A DNA stretch of 64,000 nucleotides from Candidatus Omnitrophota bacterium. GTDB taxonomy: Bacteria > Omnitrophota > Gorgyraeia > Gygaellales > Profunditerraquicolaceae. The stretch is taken from positions 50,682 to 114,681 of the forward strand of contig DAONDX010000003.1 in NCBI GenBank assembly GCA_035402765.1, given 5' to 3'. The position numbers and the translations under genes were made by a program. Shown piece by piece: positions 57,363 to 64,000 of this stretch; positions within the stretch are counted from its first letter, which is position 1; every line of letters begins with the position of its first letter. The notes under the pieces are model-generated. The model saw only the letters and a list, made by a program, of their open reading frames with translations, ran no database searches and was not told the DNA's origin.

Positions 57363-58669
57363 AATCTCTCCACCTTATCCTGGTATTTTCCTTTATAAAC
57401 GTTTCTTGAATCAAAAATAAATTTCGCGTTTTTTAATAAAGCTGCGTAATCTACCTGAGTATGGTCGGTAGCGATAAGACAGCAATCAAATTTCTTAATT
57501 ATTCTAGGGGTCAGCGGCACTGACTCTAAATTTAATCCTCCCCATTTTAAAAAGGGTATCAATGGATCGGAATAGCAAACTTCAACCCCTTGCCTTTTTA
57601 AACTGTTGATTACATCGATACTTGGGGATTTACGCAGATCTTTGATATCTTTTTTATAAGTAACCCCCACCACTAATATTTTCGCATTTGCCAGTTTGCA
57701 GCCAACCCGCTGCAAACCATTTTCTATTCTTTTTACAATATATTCAGGCATGTATTCGATCACATCGGAAGCCAGCTTAATAAAACGTGAATGAAAACCG
57801 AAACTTTTAGCTTTCCAATGCAAATACAAAGGATCCTTCGGGATACAATGGCCTCCTACACCCGGCCCGGGATAAAAAGGCATAAAGCCAAACGGCTTGG
57901 TGCTGGCAGCGCCGACTACTTCCCAAATATCAATTTTCATTTTATGCGCCATCATCGACAGCTCATCAATCAATCCGATATTAATCAGGCGAAAAGTATT
58001 CTCCAGCAATTTTACCGTTTCCGCAGCCCGGCAGCTGCTGACCGGAACCACCTGCTTAAGAATAATCCGGTAAACTGCCATGGCCAGGCGGGTAGCTTGA
58101 GGATTGAGTCCGCCAATAACCTTAGGGATCTTGTGCACGGGGAATTTCTTATTACCCGGATCAATACGTTCAGGTGAAAAACATAAGTAAAAATCTTTAC
58201 CATGCCGGCACCCCTGCCGGTTAAAAATCGGCAGGATTTCTTCTTCAGTTGTCCCGGGATAAGTAGTACTCTCCAAAACTACCAAAGCTCCTTTTTTTAA
58301 ATGCAAAACCACCTGGCCCACCGCGTTCTTAATAAAAGAGATATCCGGCAGATACTTTCTCTTCAAAGGAGTAGGAACGCAGATTAAAACAGCATCCTGC
58401 ATCCGGATATCCTCAAAACTGCCGCTGGCCTTAAAATATCCGCTCTTTAACGCCCTTTTTAATTCCAAGCTGCTTATATCGCTGATATATGATTTACCGC
58501 CGGCAATGGATTTCAGGCGGTCAGCATCAATCTCAATCCCGGTGACTTTTACCTTTTTTTTAGCAAATTCCAAAGCCAAAGGAAAACCCACGTAGCCTAA
58601 GCCGACTACCGCGACTCTAATTTGTCTATTTTTTATTTTTTTGTTTAAATCCGCTAAAATTTTATCCAT
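57359..58669 (-). CDS. UDP-N-acetylhexosamine 6-dehydrogenase (WbpA/WecC family)
   Basis: GLGYVG, ICVPTP, ESTTYPGTT, SPERIDPG and GGHCIPKDP motifs. Confidence 0.92.
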   Translation of the reverse strand: MDKILADLNKKIKNRQIRVAVVGLGYVGFPLALEFAKKKVKVTGIEIDADRLKSIAGGKSYISDISSLELKRALKSGYFKASGSFEDIRMQDAVLICVPTPLKRKYLPDISFIKNAVGQVVLHLKKGALVVLESTTYPGTTEEEILPIFNRQGCRHGKDFYLCFSPERIDPGNKKFPVHKIPKVIGGLNPQATRLAMAVYRIILKQVVPVSSCRAAETVKLLENTFRLINIGLIDELSMMAHKMKIDIWEVVGAASTKPFGFMPFYPGPGVGGHCIPKDPLYLHWKAKSFGFHSRFIKLASDVIEYMPEYIVKRIENGLQRVGCKLANAKILVVGVTYKKDIKDLRKSPSIDVINSLKRQGVEVCYSDPLIPFLKWGGLNLESVPLTPRIIKKFDCCLIATDHTQVDYAALLKNAKFIFDSRNVYKGKYQDKVERL

Positions 58670-59960
58670 TTCCCGATCCCACTCCGATATAAGTAAAACC
58701 TTGTTTAGTAAGCAGCTTAGAATCGTAGATATTCCTGCCGTCCACGATGAGAGCGCGTTTTAACTTCTTTTTCAATTTCATGAAATCCAACTCTTTAAAT
58801 TCGTTCCATTCAGTAGCCACAATCAGGCAATCGGCTTGGCTAGCTGCCTGATAAGCATCTTTACAAAAAACAACTTTTTTTAAAATCTTCCTGGCTTTCT
58901 CCATAGCTTGCGGGTCATAAACCTTGATTTTGGCTCCCTCTTGGATTAATAGCTCGATCAAATCCAAACTCGGTGAGTTTCTTAAATCATCCGTATCCGG
59001 TTTGAAAGCCAGCCCCAGGACCGCAATCGTTTTACCCCGAATGATCCAGAGAGCATCTTTAATCTTTTTCAAAACAAATACCTTCTGCTCTCGGTTAGTA
59101 TCTCTAACCGCTTTAAGGATCTGAAAATCATAACCTAATTTTTCGGCAATCCCGATAAAAGCATCTAAATCTTTAGGAAAACAAGAACCCCCGTAACCAA
59201 TACCGGCATGCAGGAAATGCCGGCCGATACGATTATCCAGCCCCATACCGCCAGCCACTTCTTTTACATCCGCCCCCACCAAATCACAAATACAAGCCAA
59301 AGCATTAACAAAAGAGATTTTAGCCGCTAAAAAAGCGTTGGAGGCATGTTTGATCAATTCCGCGGATTTTATATTGGTAACCAGGACCGGACGATTCAAA
59401 GGCTGGTATAAATTAGTCATGGTCTGGGTAGCCCTGGTAGTTTCCACCCCCAAGACCACTCGATCAGGATGATTAAAATCATTAATCGCTGAACCTTCCC
59501 GCAAAAATTCCGGATTTGAAACTATATCAAATTTATATTTCTTTTTATTATAAGTTAAAATTGTTTTTTTGATCCAAGCGCAAGTCTCTACCGGTACGGT
59601 TGATTTCTCGACAATCAGCCGGTAGCCATCCATATTCTGGGCAATTTCACGGGCAACATTCTCGATTCCGGTTAAATCCACCTCTCCGTTTTTAAGCGTC
59701 GGAGTTCCGACCGCAATAAAAATTATCTCGCTCTGTCTTACTGCCTCAGGAATACTGGAAGTAAATTTAATTCTTTTATTTTTAAGGTTGTTAGTGATTA
59801 ATTCTTCCAAACCCGGTTCATAAATGGGAAGCACCCCTTTTTTAAGGCCGGCGATCTTTTTTACATCATTATCAGCGCAGATCACCTGATTACCTAGTTC
59901 GGCAAAACAGGCGCCGCTAACCAATCCCACATGACCGGAACCAATAATTGAAATATTCAT
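58662..59960 (-). CDS. ugd: UDP-glucose 6-dehydrogenase
   Basis: GSGHVGL, KSTVP, SNPEFLREG, GYGGSCFPKD and FKPDTDD motifs. Confidence 0.95.
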   Translation of the reverse strand: MNISIIGSGHVGLVSGACFAELGNQVICADNDVKKIAGLKKGVLPIYEPGLEELITNNLKNKRIKFTSSIPEAVRQSEIIFIAVGTPTLKNGEVDLTGIENVAREIAQNMDGYRLIVEKSTVPVETCAWIKKTILTYNKKKYKFDIVSNPEFLREGSAINDFNHPDRVVLGVETTRATQTMTNLYQPLNRPVLVTNIKSAELIKHASNAFLAAKISFVNALACICDLVGADVKEVAGGMGLDNRIGRHFLHAGIGYGGSCFPKDLDAFIGIAEKLGYDFQILKAVRDTNREQKVFVLKKIKDALWIIRGKTIAVLGLAFKPDTDDLRNSPSLDLIELLIQEGAKIKVYDPQAMEKARKILKKVVFCKDAYQAASQADCLIVATEWNEFKELDFMKLKKKLKRALIVDGRNIYDSKLLTKQGFTYIGVGSGNG

Positions 59961-60013
59961 TTAGATTGTACTTTTAGATCTTCCTGTTGATATTACGCAA
60001 GAGAACGTGAATT

Positions 60014-62248
60014 TTATTGCGAACCGGATTTCCCTTCACTCATCTTCTGATCAAAACCGAATTCATTTTCAGGAAAAGCCTTAAGCCGGAAGGTAAAAAA
60101 CACCGTTGTCCCGGAGTCTTCTTTCCTATTCAGAGTAATGTCCAAATCCCAGCAATGCAAATCCCGGGTTAGAGTATATTCTTGTTCCTGAGAGCCCTTA
60201 TCCAAATTGGGAGTTTGTTTAAGATTATACCGCTGGTAAACGCTAAACTTCCATTTCGGACTTAGGCGCCAGTTGAAACCGGCGGTAATTTCATTATAAC
60301 CTTTTCTTTCATAACGCTGTCCGATGGAAAATGAGCGTTCTGGCCCCAAATCGAAGTTTAAACTATAGTTGGCTACTGAAAACTTGTTGTAGTTAGCCAA
60401 GTCATGATTCGAATGCTGGAAAGTTGCTTCCGATTCCAATCTTAACCAAGAATACGGCAACACTTTTAGCCTGAACAAAATATCCGAAAGCTGGCTTTCT
60501 AATTTATTACCGGTATTGGTAAGAATGCTATTCTGATTGATACCGCTTTTAGGATCAAACACGTATTCCGAGGTAATTAAAAAATCTACAAAATCTACGC
60601 TTTGACCGTTACGTTTAGTTTGTAATTTATTCGATAAACTTAAAGCCGCGGTGTTGCCGCGGGTAATTGTATCTACCGCATCAATTTGCCTTAAATTACC
60701 CATCGGAATAGTTGGAGCATGCGTATACAAATACCCCACGCTAGGAGTGATAATATGACGCAGGCCATTGATATCTAATCCCATAAAATTTGTTTTGGCG
60801 TTATAAATACGGTAGAACTTAGTACTCAGATCAACTCCGCCATAAAAAATTGTGCGCACTATCCCGCTTTGACCGTTTGCGCCTTGATCGTAATAAGTCT
60901 GGCGGCTTGCCAGGAAAGGTTTAAACTGTAAAAAAGCTAATTTCATCGGCAAAGAAACCTTATTAGTAGTATCCAAGCGGGTTACCGTAACGTCATCAGC
61001 CGTAACCGGCGCGGTAGCTGCTTTTTTATTATAAACCCCCAGTTGGCTGGAATTTTCAAAATAAAGCGGAGTTTGCCCCACCTGCAGACTGGGTAAACTA
61101 TAATTTATTTCCGGCATTTTATCCAGCTGGTCAAACCAATGGTTAGTCCTTTTCTGAAGAAATATATCCAAACTGGAATAATCAAAACTGTGATGAAATA
61201 ATGCATAGGTCAGCGGCTCAGAATCCTTTTCGTATTCACGGAAAAAATAATCCTGAAAAAGATTGTGGGCTTCAGAATTAGGAGCCGGATAATTTTCATA
61301 CTTTCGGCGGTGATCTGAAATTTTATAAAATTCGGTGATAAAGTTAGTCCGCGGGTCAATATCCCATTTATGACGCCAGCGCAAGAAATAACGCTGAAAC
61401 TCTGTCGGGTCTCCGGGTATGCCGGTAGGTAAATTTTTGGCTTTTTCATCCGTATAGTAAAATTTAAAATCACCCCGGCCCAGCGCAGGCTGCTTATAGT
61501 TTAAATCAAAACCTTCGGCCAGGCCCAGTTTGGTACGGTAATCCAAAAATAATCTCAGATTGGAATTCTCCGTAAGATTATAGCGCCAGGTGCTCAAAAG
61601 GTACGGGCCCCAATCCTTACGCTTACCCGGTTCCACCTGGACATGCATAATCGGATCCTTCATTGAATAATTAAACCGTGGCAGGTAAATTAAAGGTATG
61701 CTCCACAAATAAAGCGTAGTACCTTTAGCCTGAATTTTATCCTGCGGGAACATATTGATCTTTTTGGTAGCAAAACGGTAATGCGGATGATCCAGGCTGC
61801 AGGTGGTAAAATAGCCGTTCTTAGATACAAATTCACTGTCGCTTAATTTTTCGACTTTTTTGGCTTTTCCAAAATAAGGATTGGCGCGAAAATCCGCGTC
61901 GTAAATAACCCCGACTTTATTTGCAAAATCATAAGCGATTTTATCGCCGGTAACAACACCCTTGGCATCTTCAATTTTAGCATTTCCTTCGGCCAGGCCT
62001 TCCTTAGTTTGCATATTAACTTTTAATCTATTGCAGGTAAGTTTAGCGCCTTTATAGATAACTTCAATATTGCCGGTTGCCACAACTTCTTTGCTATCGG
62101 CAGAATATTCTACGTTATCACCGTTTATAATCATCGGCGATTCTTTGGCTGTTTCAGCAAAAACTAAGTTTACCCCAAAGATAAAACCCAAGATGATACC
62201 CAGAGCCAATCTTTTAAACGGTTGGATTTTTTCTGATTTATTTGACAT
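60014..62248 (-). CDS. lptD: LPS-assembly protein LptD-like
   Basis: Signal peptide, OstA-like N-terminal domain, FTTC...PHY motif, aromatic beta strands and C-terminal HCW. Confidence 0.82.
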   Translation of the reverse strand: MSNKSEKIQPFKRLALGIILGFIFGVNLVFAETAKESPMIINGDNVEYSADSKEVVATGNIEVIYKGAKLTCNRLKVNMQTKEGLAEGNAKIEDAKGVVTGDKIAYDFANKVGVIYDADFRANPYFGKAKKVEKLSDSEFVSKNGYFTTCSLDHPHYRFATKKINMFPQDKIQAKGTTLYLWSIPLIYLPRFNYSMKDPIMHVQVEPGKRKDWGPYLLSTWRYNLTENSNLRLFLDYRTKLGLAEGFDLNYKQPALGRGDFKFYYTDEKAKNLPTGIPGDPTEFQRYFLRWRHKWDIDPRTNFITEFYKISDHRRKYENYPAPNSEAHNLFQDYFFREYEKDSEPLTYALFHHSFDYSSLDIFLQKRTNHWFDQLDKMPEINYSLPSLQVGQTPLYFENSSQLGVYNKKAATAPVTADDVTVTRLDTTNKVSLPMKLAFLQFKPFLASRQTYYDQGANGQSGIVRTIFYGGVDLSTKFYRIYNAKTNFMGLDINGLRHIITPSVGYLYTHAPTIPMGNLRQIDAVDTITRGNTAALSLSNKLQTKRNGQSVDFVDFLITSEYVFDPKSGINQNSILTNTGNKLESQLSDILFRLKVLPYSWLRLESEATFQHSNHDLANYNKFSVANYSLNFDLGPERSFSIGQRYERKGYNEITAGFNWRLSPKWKFSVYQRYNLKQTPNLDKGSQEQEYTLTRDLHCWDLDITLNRKEDSGTTVFFTFRLKAFPENEFGFDQKMSEGKSGSQ

Positions 62249-62897
62249 TATTTCCTTGGGGGATCTTTTTAGAATCTTCCAGAAACTTGTTTATCCCGAT
62301 TTCGGTCAAAGGATGCTTAATTAACTGTTCAATCACCAAATATGGAATAGTGGCAATATCCGCTCCGATCAAAGCAGCATCAACTACATGCATCGGATTA
62401 CGCACGGAAGCAACAATAATTTGAGTGCTAAAATTATAATTAACGTAAATCTTCTTTATATCTCTGATTAAATTCATGCCCTCCTGAGCTATATCATCAA
62501 GCCGGCCGATAAAAGGCGATACATAGGTAGCACCGGCCTTAGCCACCAGTAAAGCCTGGGCAGCGGAAAAACAAAGCGTAACATTGGTTTTAATCCCTTC
62601 TTGCGCCAAAACCTTCACCGCTTTTAACCCTTCTTTGGTAAGCGGGATTTTAACCACAATGTTCTTAGCTATTTTTACCAATTGACGCGCTTCGCCGATC
62701 ATACCCATCGATTCCAGACTGATTACCTCCGCGCTGACCGGACCGGCCACCAATTGGCATATCTCTTCTAGTACCTGTTGAGGACTACGCCCCTCGCGAG
62801 CCATAAGCGAAGGATTAGTAGTCACGCCGTCAATTAACCCTAAACTAGCAGCTTCTTTTATTTCTTTAACATTCGCAGTATCAATGAAAATCTTCAA
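62238..62897 (-). CDS. fsa: Transaldolase / fructose-6-phosphate aldolase family
   Basis: [35 protein letters not shown] and ASVR motifs. Confidence 0.94.
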   Translation of the reverse strand: MKIFIDTANVKEIKEAASLGLIDGVTTNPSLMAREGRSPQQVLEEICQLVAGPVSAEVISLESMGMIGEARQLVKIAKNIVVKIPLTKEGLKAVKVLAQEGIKTNVTLCFSAAQALLVAKAGATYVSPFIGRLDDIAQEGMNLIRDIKKIYVNYNFSTQIIVASVRNPMHVVDAALIGADIATIPYLVIEQLIKHPLTEIGINKFLEDSKKIPQGNNVK

Positions 62898-62970
62898 TCC
62901 GCACCTTCTTTCTTCTTAGATTCATTAAATCATTTACTTTTAACAGTTAAATTTACGGAAGGCGCGGATT

Positions 62971-63897
62971 TTATCCTTCAACCGCCCCTTTAATTAAAAT
63001 TCCGGCTCCGATAATCCCGGCATCGACCCCTAATTTGGCGTTAATCACTTTTACTCTTTTTGCCTGCACCCGCATCGCCCGCAAAAGGATTGTCCGCCTG
63101 ATATTTTCCAATAACACCATTCCGGCGCAAGCTACCCCTCCGCCGATTACAACCGCATCAAGGTTAAGCAAATTAACTATACCGCTTAAAGCCAAACCCA
63201 GTTTTTCACCAACCTGCTTCCAAAACTTAATTGCCCTGAGATCATTTTTCCGGGCCAAAGCGCTTACTTCTTCCAGAGTAATCTGCGGCCCAAATATTTT
63301 TCTCGCCTCTTTGATAATTTTATGATTGCCGACATACGCCTCTAAACACCCCTGCGCTCCGCAGCCGCACAAGGGGCCTTTTTCATTAAGCGGAAAATGA
63401 CCGGCTTCGCCGGCGGCGTTATCTAACCCCCGGTAGAGGGAATTATTAATAATTAAACCTCCGCCTACCCCCGTACCCAAAGTCAGACATAGCACATTTT
63501 TTAATTTTTTCGCCGCTCCGAATTCATGCTCGGCTAAAGTCATTAATTTAGCATCATTATCGATCGCCACCGGTAACCCGGTACTTTGCTCTAGAATTTT
63601 TTTAAGTTTTACTTCTTTCCATCCCGGAATATTCGGCAGGAAATGCACAATCCCGGCTAAATTATCCACCGGCCCGGGAAGACCGATACCAACTCCCAAG
63701 ATCGCAGAGGTTTTAAGTTTCTGGCTTAAAATGAAACTCTCAACCGCTTCGATAATTCCCCGGATAAGCTTTTGCTGATTATCAAAACTCTTTGTGCTAA
63801 AAGAGCTTCTGGCTTTAATTTTTAAATTATTATCCAGTAAAGCGCATTTTAAATTAGTCCCGCCTAAATCTATGGCAATGATAAATTTTTTAACCAT
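62971..63897 (-). CDS. ROK-family sugar kinase (glucokinase-like)
   Basis: DLGGT, DNDA, LGTGVGGG and GEAGH...CGCG..GCLE motifs. Confidence 0.92.
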   Translation of the reverse strand: MVKKFIIAIDLGGTNLKCALLDNNLKIKARSSFSTKSFDNQQKLIRGIIEAVESFILSQKLKTSAILGVGIGLPGPVDNLAGIVHFLPNIPGWKEVKLKKILEQSTGLPVAIDNDAKLMTLAEHEFGAAKKLKNVLCLTLGTGVGGGLIINNSLYRGLDNAAGEAGHFPLNEKGPLCGCGAQGCLEAYVGNHKIIKEARKIFGPQITLEEVSALARKNDLRAIKFWKQVGEKLGLALSGIVNLLNLDAVVIGGGVACAGMVLLENIRRTILLRAMRVQAKRVKVINAKLGVDAGIIGAGILIKGAVEG

Positions 63898-64000
63898 GGG
63901 TGGTATTTTATATTAAAATGAATGGATTTTCAAGGAATAATCTTTAAATTTAGGTGGGAGAAAAACACACCTTATTCTTTCCGGTTTCTTTAGCCAGATA

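Overview
A gene-dense chromosomal segment of roughly 40% GC with almost every gene on the minus strand. The only clear plus-strand genes are a Wzx-type flippase and a 1065-aa GH161-like phosphorylase. The mix of LptD, CdaA, part of the Wood-Ljungdahl corrinoid/methyltransferase module, and PilZ/GGDEF/HD-GYP signalling suggests an anaerobic diderm bacterium, possibly Ca. Omnitrophota (inference only). Most genes are housekeeping: hom, gpsA, thyA, acpS, pdxJ, folP, ftsH, tilS, acsE/D/C plus cooC and RACo, larB, tsaD, gatCAB, plsY, pgsA, lepB/lepA, aromatic amino acid genes, ruvAC, rnpB, rpoD, dnaG and nucleotide-sugar genes. There are seven intact tRNAs. The most unusual signals are non-coding and centred on tRNA genes. 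(i) One shared structured element is fused at the same tRNA position (nt 41) to duplicated 3' ends of two unrelated tRNAs, Thr-TGT and Ile2-CAT. (ii) An intact tRNA-Gly lies inside an inverted-repeat-bounded insert that splits a second tRNA-Gly at its anticodon. (iii) The 5' half of tRNA-Met is duplicated and capped by hairpins. (iv) A two-hairpin repeat family abuts tRNA termini. A separate hairpin plus GTCTAGGTAGAC motif occurs at three loci, once as a 48-bp x4 tandem array and twice immediately before a ribosome-binding site. No integrase, transposase or reverse transcriptase was recognised in the window. A bactofilin-HTH fusion next to a membrane-anchored HTH protein is the most unusual coding feature.
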